This document shows positions 6,787-15,604 of a stretch of 30,885 bases of DNA, in pieces. Below the pieces are notes generated by a model. That model ran no database searches and was not told the origin of the DNA. It saw nothing but the letters and a program-made list of their open reading frames with translations. Position numbers and translations under genes: made by a program. Every line of letters starts with the position of its first letter. The first letter of the stretch is position 1. Location: IMG/VR virus record IMGVR_UViG_3300037419_003075, positions 1-30,885 of that record; one strand, written 5' to 3'. This DNA is from a virus (lineage: Duplodnaviria > Caudoviricetes).

Positions 6787-7386
6787 CTAGCTGAATCGGT
6801 ATTCGATCACCGTGACGACGCCGCCCGCGCCGTTCCCATTCGCGCCTCCGCCCGCGGCCGGGAAGCCGCCCGCGCTGCCCGAATTTCCGCCGCCTCCGGA
6901 TTGGCAGGTCTGCCAAAACGGCGGGTTACTGACGCCCGCGGCAACGAGCCCCGACTTCCCACCAGTGGACCCGGACCCTGCCCCGCCCCCGCCTCCTGAC
7001 AGCAGCTCGATCGGAGCTCCGGAGGCGTTGCCGCCTGGCTGTCCGCTCGCTCCGCCGGCGCCGCCGATCAGATACACCTGCTGGACGTTGCCGCCGCCGG
7101 CGCCGCCGTTCGCGCCGCCTTTTCCGCCTGGGCAGGACAGGATGTCGCCGAAGGACGACTGACCTCCGTCGCCGCCGCTGCTTCCGCCGGCACCGACGGT
7201 GATCGAGAGGGTGCTGGGTAGGTCCCACGCGGCGATGCTTCGTTTCAGCACCACCCCGCCGCCGCCTCCGCCGACGCTGGCCGAACCGGCACCGCCGGCG
7301 CTGCGGACGTAGACGTCGACCCGGTAGAGCTGGGGATCCTTGAACCAGGTGGTGTTCGACGTGTACGCGGTCAGAACGGTGTACAT
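6787..7386 (-). CDS. Glycine-rich minor tail protein, 199 aa
   Basis: GGGG runs, ITVGAGG, and terminal GNGAGGVVTVIEY. Confidence 0.8.
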   Translation of the reverse strand: MYTVLTAYTSNTTWFKDPQLYRVDVYVRSAGGAGSASVGGGGGGVVLKRSIAAWDLPSTLSITVGAGGSSGGDGGQSSFGDILSCPGGKGGANGGAGGGNVQQVYLIGGAGGASGQPGGNASGAPIELLSGGGGGAGSGSTGGKSGLVAAGVSNPPFWQTCQSGGGGNSGSAGGFPAAGGGANGNGAGGVVTVIEYRFS

Positions 7387-7395
7387 CGGCGCCGC

Positions 7396-8550
7396 CTACG
7401 CACTGTGCTCGACAATCCACACGCAGCCGTTGCCGCCGTTGCCGCCCCTGCTGCCGCGCTGACTGATGCCGCCGCCGCAACCACCGCCACCGCCACCGGG
7501 GGCAGCTCCGTCACCGCCGCGCGCACCCTCGGATATGCCGCCACCGCCACCGCCACCACCGGTCGCGACGATTGCCGAGGGGATGGTGCCGTCTCCTCCT
7601 GGACTGCCGGCCAGTCCGCCAGGGGAGATGCCGCCGACGCCGCCGCCGGCGCCGGCGCCGCCGAACCCGGCGCCTCCGCCTCCGCCGCCACCCCCTCCAT
7701 GCAGGTCGTAGGCGGACGTCGAATTCCCCCCGGCGGTGCCGTTGCCGCCGGCGGAGCTTTCGCTGGCGCCGGTGCCGCCATTGCCGCCGGGGATCATTCC
7801 CGCGCCGCCGGTGCCGCCGATCCCGGAGCCGTCTGGGTTGCCGCCACACGCGCCGCCGTTGCCGCCTCCAGCGGTCAAACTTGCTCCGCCTGAACCGAAT
7901 ATGGTGTTGCCACCGCCGCCGCCGGGAGCGAAGTCGGCCACGCCGCCAGTCCCTCCGGCCCCGACGGTGATCGCGATCGGTGTGAAGTTTCCGGAGCCGT
8001 CGACCGGCAAGAGGGATGCGGGGATGTTGGTGTGTACCTCACCGCCACCACCACCGCCGCCGCCGGAGAAACGATTGGCGGCGATCACATTCCAGACTCC
8101 GGCGCCGCCGCCGGCCCCGGCGCCGACCAGGATGACGTCGATCGACTTGATCCCAGCGGTAGGGGTGTAGAGGCCATTGCCGACGAAGACGGTGGCCTCA
8201 CCTTGAAGAATCAGCTGGTTGAACTGGTTCTGCAAGGTAGTGATCGAGTGCGAATGATCGGTGATCGTCGGAAGCTGCGAGACGTAGTGGTCGTTGACGG
8301 TCCCGAAAATTGCGTCGATGATCGTGGCGAATCCGCCCAGCACAGACGCGATTCCGGCACCGATGAACGAGAGGATCATCGCGATGAGGCCGCCGCCCAG
8401 CCCAGCGAACTGCTGAGACTGGAACTGGTTTTGCAGGCTCTGGGTGACGGCGTCTTGCGTCTGTGTCTTTTTCGATGGGATGGAGCCGTCGGTGCCGGTG
8501 ACGCCCCATTGGCCGGGAGTGAGTCCGTTGGGTCCGGCCGGGTTCGTCAT
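7396..8550 (-). CDS. Glycine-rich minor tail protein, 384 aa
   Basis: Start MTNPAGP overlaps the upstream stop (ATGA); C-terminal glycine-rich domain similar to 6787..7386. Confidence 0.8.
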   Translation of the reverse strand: MTNPAGPNGLTPGQWGVTGTDGSIPSKKTQTQDAVTQSLQNQFQSQQFAGLGGGLIAMILSFIGAGIASVLGGFATIIDAIFGTVNDHYVSQLPTITDHSHSITTLQNQFNQLILQGEATVFVGNGLYTPTAGIKSIDVILVGAGAGGGAGVWNVIAANRFSGGGGGGGGEVHTNIPASLLPVDGSGNFTPIAITVGAGGTGGVADFAPGGGGGNTIFGSGGASLTAGGGNGGACGGNPDGSGIGGTGGAGMIPGGNGGTGASESSAGGNGTAGGNSTSAYDLHGGGGGGGGGAGFGGAGAGGGVGGISPGGLAGSPGGDGTIPSAIVATGGGGGGGGISEGARGGDGAAPGGGGGGCGGGISQRGSRGGNGGNGCVWIVEHSA

Positions 8551-9329
8551 CGCCGGGTGAAGACCTTCAGATCGGTCTGCAGCTGTTGCAGGTTGAAGCC
8601 CTCGGGACTGATTCCGGCCGTGAGGAATTCGGTGCTGAGGTAGACGATCGCCTCGTCGCAGTAGCGCCGGTAGAACATCGGCGTCATCTGCTGGACAGCA
8701 CCCCAGGTGATGACGTCGAAGTTGCCGTTGCGGCGGCCGAGCACGGGCACGTAGTGGCCGCCGACGATGGTGGCGTTGCCGTGCCGCACATCCCACGGCT
8801 TCTTCTGCGTGAACTCGTCCTCCACGTAGGCGGGCACGCGCAAGCCGATGCCGACAGCGCCGAAAATGTATGCCGCTGCCGCGAGCTGGTCCGGGTCGCC
8901 CGGGGTGAGGGCGACGTAGGCGGCGACCTTGTGCCGGTTGCCGAGGACGTCCAGGACGCCGACCCGACGCCGGTAGCTGGCCGCGGCCTGCATATCGGTG
9001 CCTTGGTCGGTCGGGTTCTCACCGGTGACCGGATCGGTCTGGGACGGATCGAAGCCGGTGACAGCTGAATAGTCGGAGAGGACCGAATCATCAGTGAATT
9101 TCAGGTCCCGTCCGCCTTCGCGGCCCCACAGCATTGTTTCGTGCGCTGCTCCCGCCCATACGCAGTCGCCGAACTGATTATTTCCGAGCATTTCCCAGTC
9201 GGTGATGAGCCGGTCGTGCCCGAATTCTGCGGGAATATTCGGCAGCACCACAGTGTGGTCGAAGTAGTCCGCCAATTTCAGCTGGACACTGTTTATCCGG
9301 GCAGGAAGCTTCCCGTACTTAACGCTCAC
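8547..9329 (-). CDS. Papain-like (C1-type fold) cysteine peptidase, 260 aa
   Basis: NNQFGDCVWA (Cys), DQGT, GGHYVPVLG (His), ITWG. Confidence 0.7.
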   Translation of the reverse strand: MSVKYGKLPARINSVQLKLADYFDHTVVLPNIPAEFGHDRLITDWEMLGNNQFGDCVWAGAAHETMLWGREGGRDLKFTDDSVLSDYSAVTGFDPSQTDPVTGENPTDQGTDMQAAASYRRRVGVLDVLGNRHKVAAYVALTPGDPDQLAAAAYIFGAVGIGLRVPAYVEDEFTQKKPWDVRHGNATIVGGHYVPVLGRRNGNFDVITWGAVQQMTPMFYRRYCDEAIVYLSTEFLTAGISPEGFNLQQLQTDLKVFTRR

Positions 9330-9353
9330 AGATGCTCCATTTCGGCAACGGAA

Positions 9354-9686
9354 TCAGTTGCGCAGGATCGCGGCGCGCATGCGCTCTGCGAGCGCATCGT
9401 GACCGCTGGCTTTCAGCGTCGGTATGGCGTCACGCAACAGGTCACACAGCTCGTCGATGTTTCCGTTCAAGGTCTCGACCTTCTTCTCGAGGCCCTCGAC
9501 CTTCTTCTCGAGCTTTTCGTTCGCCTGGTTGAGACGCTCAGTGATTGCATTGCTGGTTTTCACCAGCGCGTCGGCATAATTCGCCTGGTTCATTCGGCGC
9601 TGAAATATTGCGCCGATCAGTGCGACAACAACGGCTGATACGCCGGAGCCGACTAACAGATTCCCCAGGTTGAGTGCTTCACTCAT
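9354..9686 (-). CDS. Single-TM coiled-coil lysis-cassette protein, 110 aa
   Basis: N-terminal hydrophobic helix followed by heptads LEKKVEG-LEKKVET; RBS GGAGGT. Confidence 0.8.
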   Translation of the reverse strand: MSEALNLGNLLVGSGVSAVVVALIGAIFQRRMNQANYADALVKTSNAITERLNQANEKLEKKVEGLEKKVETLNGNIDELCDLLRDAIPTLKASGHDALAERMRAAILRN

Positions 9687-10134
9687 CGACCTCCAGCTTT
9701 CTAACAATTCGCGACACCTTGCGCAGTTTCCGGGCGCCCCGGAGTACGAGCGCGAATGCGCAGACACTCAATGCGAGTGCGATCCACATCGCGAACGAGG
9801 CGCGCCCGGCGAAAGTCGTGTGCTCCAGCGCGGCGGTGTAGGCGAGTAGGGCGAAAGACACCCCCGCGTCGCCAGCCAACTGCAGCCACAACCCTGCGAT
9901 GTGGCGTCGCTCCACCCACATACCCCCGAAGGTCAGCAGCGGGCACAAGACCAGCAGCCCCAACCAGAAGAACTGGAAGCAGGGACCGAGAGTCTGGCCG
10001 ACCGCGTTCGGGGTTTCTCTCAGAACCAAACCTTGTACGCCAGCGCAGAACACAGCCGCGTAGACGAGCAGCTCGTAGTGGCGTACGGACTCAACATCGA
10101 GCGCGCGACCGATCCACCTAAATAGCCGGCGCAT
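9679..10134 (-). CDS. Four-TM membrane protein of the lysis cassette, 151 aa
   Basis: Four hydrophobic segments with basic termini. Confidence 0.8.
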   Translation of the reverse strand: MRRLFRWIGRALDVESVRHYELLVYAAVFCAGVQGLVLRETPNAVGQTLGPCFQFFWLGLLVLCPLLTFGGMWVERRHIAGLWLQLAGDAGVSFALLAYTAALEHTTFAGRASFAMWIALALSVCAFALVLRGARKLRKVSRIVRKLEVDE

Positions 10135-10546
10135 GGAAGCGGTCCCTACCCGCGGCTGTGCACGCGGCGTACATGAGGGCCAGGAATCCCCACGTCACCA
10201 CGCCGCCCCAGCCGACGGCTTCATTCCGCGAAGCGACAACACCGATGCACAGCGCGAAGCAGCTGGACCACCCCGCGCACAGCGCGAACCCGACCATGAC
10301 CACGGGCAGAGCCCCGACCGCGAACCCCAGCAGCCCAACTACCGAGGCGCCGAACAGCACCGCGCCCCACGACTGCGGCGCGCCAGGGACCTGCAGCGCC
10401 ACCTCGTAGGCGGGCGATCCCCACCGCGCCGCGCCGCCGAGGATGGTGATCAGCCCGTACAGGGCGCCGAACACCAGCATCAGCAGCGCGACCATCCGCG
10501 TGAAGGACCGCGCGACCGACGGTTCCATGGCCGGCACCCGATTCAC
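10118..10546 (-). CDS. Four-TM membrane protein of the lysis cassette, 142 aa
   Basis: Four hydrophobic segments; GTGA overlap with the holin stop. Confidence 0.8.
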   Translation of the reverse strand: MNRVPAMEPSVARSFTRMVALLMLVFGALYGLITILGGAARWGSPAYEVALQVPGAPQSWGAVLFGASVVGLLGFAVGALPVVMVGFALCAGWSSCFALCIGVVASRNEAVGWGGVVTWGFLALMYAACTAAGRDRFHAPAI

Positions 10547-10779
10547 TCCGCCCCCGGGTCGATGTCCTCGGCCACCTTCTCCATCTTCTGGGCGAAGACC
10601 AGGATCGGCCCCAGCGCGATGGCCACATAGCCGACCCAGCTGGCGGCCGTTGACAGACCACCGGTGGTGAGTGCGCTCGCGATCAGACCGGCCAGGGCGA
10701 TCACCGCAGTGAGCAGCGCGACGATCGCTTTCGCGACCTGAGCGGGCTTGTACGCGAACGGGTTCAGGGAGGCTTTCAC
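10543..10779 (-). CDS. Holin-like two-TM protein, 78 aa
   Basis: AKAIVALL motif, two TM helices, immediately after the endolysin; GTG start with RBS AAGGAG. Confidence 0.75.
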   Translation of the reverse strand: MKASLNPFAYKPAQVAKAIVALLTAVIALAGLIASALTTGGLSTAASWVGYVAIALGPILVFAQKMEKVAEDIDPGAE

Positions 10780-11801
10780 TGCTGCTCCTTCAGGTTGAGC
10801 GCTGCGAGGATCTGCTGGTTCTGCGCGATGATCTGCGCGTTCTGCTGCATCACGCGGGCGATGCCGTCGACGAGAGTCCGCTTCGCGGCGCTGGTGCGGC
10901 GCTCGCGTTCGGCGTCGGCTTCCGGGCCGGAGCCGAGCTGCGGCCAGCCACCGAAGTTCGCGTCGCCGCAGAGCTGGACCAGCGCCACCGCGACGGCCTC
11001 GACGAGGTATCGGTCGCGGGACGGGTCGGTTTCGACCGCGTGGCCCAAGATCGGCCACCCCTTGCCCTCTTCGCCCACGAGCTGGGTCGCGACTTGCTGT
11101 GCTTCGTCTGCCATCGGTGTCTCCTGCCATTGGCCGTAGTTGGTGGGGGTGAGCACGTAGTTGTCGTCGACCTGCGCGCCAGCCAGGAACGGCTGCTCGT
11201 TGTTCTGCTGCCAGATGTTCACGTGCGCCAGATCCGGCGTCCGGACGCCGTCTCGCCAGTCGCCGGCGAACAGTTCCCGGCCGTCGCCGCACATCCAGAA
11301 GAAGTCAGCGAGATTGCGTGCCTTGGCTTCTCGCATCACCGGGGAGAATCCGTAGACCGCGCGGCCGCGTGTGCCGAGGGCCGATTCCTGGAAACCGCGC
11401 AGGCACTCCATGACCGCGTTCATCTGCGAGTTGTCGGCGGGCCGGAAGTCCACCGACATGTAGACGTGCGCGGTCTCGCAGCCGATCTCGGTCAGCTGCT
11501 GGGCGGCGACCTCGCCGCGGTCGCGGCCGACCGAGTAGCCGCCCAGACACCAGTTCGCCGAGGCGTCTTCGAAGTTGAGGACGATCGCGCGGCCGTGCCG
11601 TTTGTAGGAGTCGGCCTCGCTGCGGCTGATGGTGTCCGGATACTGGGTGCGTGCCCAGTCCGCGCGGCGCAGGTAGAAGATCCGGCCGGCGTACTTCGTT
11701 CCGTCGAGCGCGGCCGCCGGGTCGACGACGGCGCCGACCACCTCACCGGTGTCGAACAGGATCGGGGTATTGAGCCGGACGGGGATCGGTCCGCTGCCCA
11801 T
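10776..11801 (-). CDS. lysA: Endolysin, glycoside hydrolase part (DUF1906/GH25-like barrel plus C-terminal GWP(I/Q)LG domain), 341 aa
   Basis: RIFYL, IVLNFE, VYMSVD, AVYG, IWQQ, VDDN pattern; two GWPxLG motifs; RBS GAGGAGGT. Confidence 0.82.
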   Translation of the reverse strand: MGSGPIPVRLNTPILFDTGEVVGAVVDPAAALDGTKYAGRIFYLRRADWARTQYPDTISRSEADSYKRHGRAIVLNFEDASANWCLGGYSVGRDRGEVAAQQLTEIGCETAHVYMSVDFRPADNSQMNAVMECLRGFQESALGTRGRAVYGFSPVMREAKARNLADFFWMCGDGRELFAGDWRDGVRTPDLAHVNIWQQNNEQPFLAGAQVDDNYVLTPTNYGQWQETPMADEAQQVATQLVGEEGKGWPILGHAVETDPSRDRYLVEAVAVALVQLCGDANFGGWPQLGSGPEADAERERRTSAAKRTLVDGIARVMQQNAQIIAQNQQILAALNLKEQQ

Positions 11802-11803
11802 GG

Positions 11804-12418
11804 CTACCTCCTCGGTCCGATGAACTGTGTGAGGATGTCCGCCCACAGCGAATGACGCACAGCTGCATAGCCTTTGGGCGGAATGAGTGAGGCAAGCTGA
11901 TCGAACGACATCCAGTAGCCGAAGGGCCGGAACCCGCTGTCGGCGATCCACACCGCGCGGTCAGGGGCGTCGTCGTAGCCCATGACGGAGAAGTAGTGCA
12001 GGACCTCACCGCCGCCGTAGGCCGGGGATGCGCTGCCTTTGACCCCGCGGGGGTAGTTGCTCGGCGGCGCGTCGATGTTGGCCGCGACACCCCACCCGCC
12101 GTCGATCGAGGTCACGATGTCGGACCACAGCTGGTCCTTCTGCGCCGGCGACGGCGGATCGTTCGGCATCGTCTGCACCACGTAGCCGGCGTCGAGGTAG
12201 CGGTTGAGCACGGTCGCGACCTGGGTGATGGAATCGGTGCCGTCCTGGTCGTCCCAGCCGACGTTGCCCTCGAGCGCCTCCAGCTGGGCCGCGAGATCGC
12301 GCTCGGCGAGGGCGATTCCGCGTGAGCTGAGAATCACCTGCGTGGTCGCGGGCCCGCACCACCAGCCGGTCTCTTGCGGCACGATGCCGCGGTCGTAAGG
12401 CAGGACATGTTCAGTCAC
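11804..12418 (-). CDS. lysA: Endolysin, C39-like peptidase part, 204 aa
   Basis: VLPYDRGIVPQETGWWCGPA (Cys), HYFSVMGY (His), IADSGF (Asp), LIPPKGY. Confidence 0.85.
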   Translation of the reverse strand: MTEHVLPYDRGIVPQETGWWCGPATTQVILSSRGIALAERDLAAQLEALEGNVGWDDQDGTDSITQVATVLNRYLDAGYVVQTMPNDPPSPAQKDQLWSDIVTSIDGGWGVAANIDAPPSNYPRGVKGSASPAYGGGEVLHYFSVMGYDDAPDRAVWIADSGFRPFGYWMSFDQLASLIPPKGYAAVRHSLWADILTQFIGPRR

Positions 12419-12929
12419 CGGAGGTCTCCTCTCGGGCAGCCTGAGCAACCTCGGCGAGCCGCTGGAACGCGGGCGGCAGCTGCTCCTTCTTGATCTCGCG
12501 GGCCGCGGCCTTCTGCTCGTCGGTCATGGAGTTGATCCGGTGCAGGAGCTTCGGATCGAGCTTCTCCAGAGCGGCCTCCGCGGTCGCCCGCCATGCCTCG
12601 GCCGCGGCCTCGGGATCGGCGCGGGACGCGAGGTATTCCTCGTACTCCTCGCGGCCGACGAGCTTGGGAACGTTGAGGTGCCCGGCTTCGGGATGGTCGC
12701 CCTCGATGACGAACAGCGTTTGCCGGCTCGGGTCGTGGACGAACCCGAACTGCTCGAGCCGCTCGGACAGGTCTGCGCTGACCGTCGGATAGAGCGGGAC
12801 GTCGCCCATCGTCTTGTTCGGGCCCGGGAAGCTGCGCAGCGCCCACGCGTATTTCTGGCGCGGGTTGTTCTGGTCGGCGTTTTCCTGCGTGATCGGGGTC
12901 GCTGCGCGCAGCAGTTCGCTGGGATCCAA
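12411..12929 (-). CDS. Minor tail protein (DUF2744-like), 172 aa
   Basis: ITQENADQNNPRQKYAWAL...LSERLEQFGF; located after the large minor tail gene. Confidence 0.7.
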   Translation of the reverse strand: MDPSELLRAATPITQENADQNNPRQKYAWALRSFPGPNKTMGDVPLYPTVSADLSERLEQFGFVHDPSRQTLFVIEGDHPEAGHLNVPKLVGREEYEEYLASRADPEAAAEAWRATAEAALEKLDPKLLHRINSMTDEQKAAAREIKKEQLPPAFQRLAEVAQAAREETSGD

Positions 12930-12974
12930 TGGGTGACCGCCTTTTTCGTCGATAGCGCTGCCCGGCGCAGCGGG

Positions 12975-14684
12975 TCAGGACAGGAGGTGGACGCCGATGT
13001 TGGCGAGCACCGACAGGGCGAAACTGATCTGGCGGGCCTGCCGCTCGGCGAGCGACATGGTGGCTTGAGCAAGCCCGATCTTGGCCTTGTACTCGTGCGG
13101 CTGATCGGACTCGTAGTTCCACGCGAGTTCGAGCTCTTCGCACAGGTCCACGCGGATGGTCGTGGTGGCCTGTTCGAAGGTGGAGCCGATCCGGTCGCCG
13201 GGCATGAACATCAAGCCGGGCAAAAACCGGCCGCCCGAGCCGAGCTCCATGACGTGGGATGCCTGGCTGGCGGTGGACAGGAAAGCGCCGCGCAGCGCGA
13301 CCACAGCGCCGAGCGACCACGCGTTGTTCTCCGCGCCCTGGCCGAGGACTTCCCACAGGTGCGCCCAGCCGAGATTGTGTGCGCGCGAATGGTTTTGCCA
13401 TTCGAGCCACGCGAAAATGGTGCCCACCAGGAAAGGCATGACCACGTCGGCGACTATGCTGCCCAACCCGCTGAACCCGCCCAGGAGGAAGTAGCCGATC
13501 AGCGCGCCAATGGACTCGATGGTGAGGTGGGTGAGGTTGTCGATCAGCGGGTTGTCGCCGCCGACGATCGCGCGCACCGCGGTCGCTGGCCCCCACGTCC
13601 ATTCCGACGTCTCGATGTTGGAGTACTTCGAGTCTCGGAGCACGATCCACGTTCGCGTCGGATCGCCGGGGCCGACGTAGTCGGCGTCGTAGTAGCTGGC
13701 CGGCCACGATTCGGCGTCGCCGATGACGGTCTGCACGTCCTCGACGAAGCCCTCAGCGAAACCCTGCAGGGTGCGGGCGAAGCCGCCGAAAATGCCGCCC
13801 CCGGTGGCGACACCGTCGGGGGAGTAGTAGCCGGAGGTATCGACCACCTCGAGCACAAGCGCGCCGTTGGCGACCTCTGGTACGCCTGGCACGTCGGATA
13901 CCTCGCCATCGACGGTGAGGATCCGCCTGTAACGCATGGTCAGCTGGGCATCGTCCAGCGCGTTGGCGATGACCTGATCCATCCGGTTCATGCGGGTCGC
14001 GATCAGCGTCCACACACTCGAATCGTCCAGGTCGATCGGGTTCGCCTTTATCAGAACCTGCCACGAAGACCAGTCGAACAATCCGCCCCACGAGCCGACC
14101 GCGAAAGGATCGTCAGGCAAATTCCATAAATTTCCTTCGATCCGAATAATATTCAGCAGGATCATCATGGAAATTGCCCATTTCGCAGGGCCAAAAATGG
14201 GCAGCACACGCGGAAATTGGAAGACCGGAATTGGCAATATCGGGTTCGGCGCACCCAAAAGGAACTGCATGTATTGCAGATCATCAATGAAGGTGACCTG
14301 CAGATACCAGAGCCCGTTCTTCTTGACTGCCTTGAAGTACTTGAGCAGCCCTGACCAGCGTACCTTGCCGCCGTAGTGGTCTACCGTGATGACGACGTTC
14401 TTTTTCGCATCGGGATCATCTGGGATGCTGATCAGCCATTTTGCGAGATAATGATCGAGGCGCAGCATTAGCGTGCCGCTGGTGCCGAACTGGTTTCGCT
14501 TCCACGGAAAATCGCCGGAGATCGAATCCGTTGCGGCACCCATCAGCTCGAGACCGGGGGAACCGTCTTGTTTATTCGTCCACAATCGCGGGTACGGGCG
14601 TGCGCGCCGCATCGCATTCAACGTTTCGCGACGCAATTGGGCTGCTGCGGAAATTTCGGCGTGTGTGGGCAGCGCCGTGGTCAT
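12975..14684 (-). CDS. Minor tail (hub/baseplate) protein, 569 aa
   Basis: Second gene after tape measure; RWSG and PNPILPIPVFQFPR motifs typical of actinophage minor tails. Confidence 0.88.
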   Translation of the reverse strand: MTTALPTHAEISAAAQLRRETLNAMRRARPYPRLWTNKQDGSPGLELMGAATDSISGDFPWKRNQFGTSGTLMLRLDHYLAKWLISIPDDPDAKKNVVITVDHYGGKVRWSGLLKYFKAVKKNGLWYLQVTFIDDLQYMQFLLGAPNPILPIPVFQFPRVLPIFGPAKWAISMMILLNIIRIEGNLWNLPDDPFAVGSWGGLFDWSSWQVLIKANPIDLDDSSVWTLIATRMNRMDQVIANALDDAQLTMRYRRILTVDGEVSDVPGVPEVANGALVLEVVDTSGYYSPDGVATGGGIFGGFARTLQGFAEGFVEDVQTVIGDAESWPASYYDADYVGPGDPTRTWIVLRDSKYSNIETSEWTWGPATAVRAIVGGDNPLIDNLTHLTIESIGALIGYFLLGGFSGLGSIVADVVMPFLVGTIFAWLEWQNHSRAHNLGWAHLWEVLGQGAENNAWSLGAVVALRGAFLSTASQASHVMELGSGGRFLPGLMFMPGDRIGSTFEQATTTIRVDLCEELELAWNYESDQPHEYKAKIGLAQATMSLAERQARQISFALSVLANIGVHLLS

Positions 14685-15604
14685 ATCGTCGCCCCGAACG
14701 GCCGGCTGTACCAGCGGTCCAGCTCGAGCGTGGCCGTGGCGCCCGCCGCCGCGCCGGTCACCCGCACCGTGGTTTCGAACGGCTTGGTGCGAGCCTTCAC
14801 CGGATAGATGAGTTCCCTTCCGCCGGAGCGCATCCAGGGCCCGAACCCGCCCGCGATCGTGATCATGAACGGCTCGTCGGGGTTGGTGTTGAGCTCGACG
14901 TCCTCACCGGCCAGCAGCGCCACCACCTTGTAAGTGAGGGCCGTGTCCTGGCCGGGCTGGCGCTGGAAATCGAGCTCCTGCCCGAGCGACGGATCCGGGA
15001 TCTCCCATTCCTCCGCTGGGGCATTCAGCGTCCAGCGCGGGAAGATCGGGACATCGCCGGGGTTGCCGGGGTGCTGGAACTCGTTGGTGCTGGCGTTGCC
15101 GCCAGCGGTGACCTCCCATGCGCTGGTAACCGGATCAGCGGCCCAATGGGGCTGTTCGCAGGCGGCCGACACCATGATCGTGTTCGCCTGTGTCAGCCCG
15201 GGTGCCTTCCCCTCCCAGTCCCCGGACTCGAACGCCTTCGGATCCTCGAGCAGCCGCATTTCCAGCCGTCGCGTCCCGTAGCGGGTCTTGGCCTCGAGCA
15301 TGAACGTGTCGTCGTACATGCCGAGGTCGGTGCGGACCTGGTCAGCGATGTAGAGGTCGTCCTCCGGATCGTCGCCGGAGATCACCAGCCCGAACAACGG
15401 GTCACGCCGTTTGAAGCTGTACCCCTGGTACTTCTGCTTCGCCCCACCCGATTTGATCCAGTACGTCTCAGCCGGCGAGTCGTAGAACTGCTTCGGCTTC
15501 GGCATCAACTCGCAGCCCTGCGCGCCCTGGCCCGGGCCGGAAATCGTCCAGCGACGGCCGGTGGTGCCGATCAGAGTGATCTGCATGAAATCCGCGCCGC
15601 TCAT
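14681..15604 (-). CDS. Distal tail-like minor tail protein, 307 aa
   Basis: Directly follows tape measure; NPGDVPIFPRWTL and RWYSRPFG motifs. Confidence 0.85.
   Translation of the reverse strand: MSGADFMQITLIGTTGRRWTISGPGQGAQGCELMPKPKQFYDSPAETYWIKSGGAKQKYQGYSFKRRDPLFGLVISGDDPEDDLYIADQVRTDLGMYDDTFMLEAKTRYGTRRLEMRLLEDPKAFESGDWEGKAPGLTQANTIMVSAACEQPHWAADPVTSAWEVTAGGNASTNEFQHPGNPGDVPIFPRWTLNAPAEEWEIPDPSLGQELDFQRQPGQDTALTYKVVALLAGEDVELNTNPDEPFMITIAGGFGPWMRSGGRELIYPVKARTKPFETTVRVTGAAAGATATLELDRWYSRPFGATI

Noticed and set aside
7405-8170. Proline-rich plus-strand ORFs
   Set aside because: They are reverse complements of glycine codon runs in the minor tail gene
3901-8550. Diversity-generating retroelement or invertible tail-fibre cassette
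   Set aside because: No reverse transcriptase or invertase, and no near-identical template/variable repeat pair was seen
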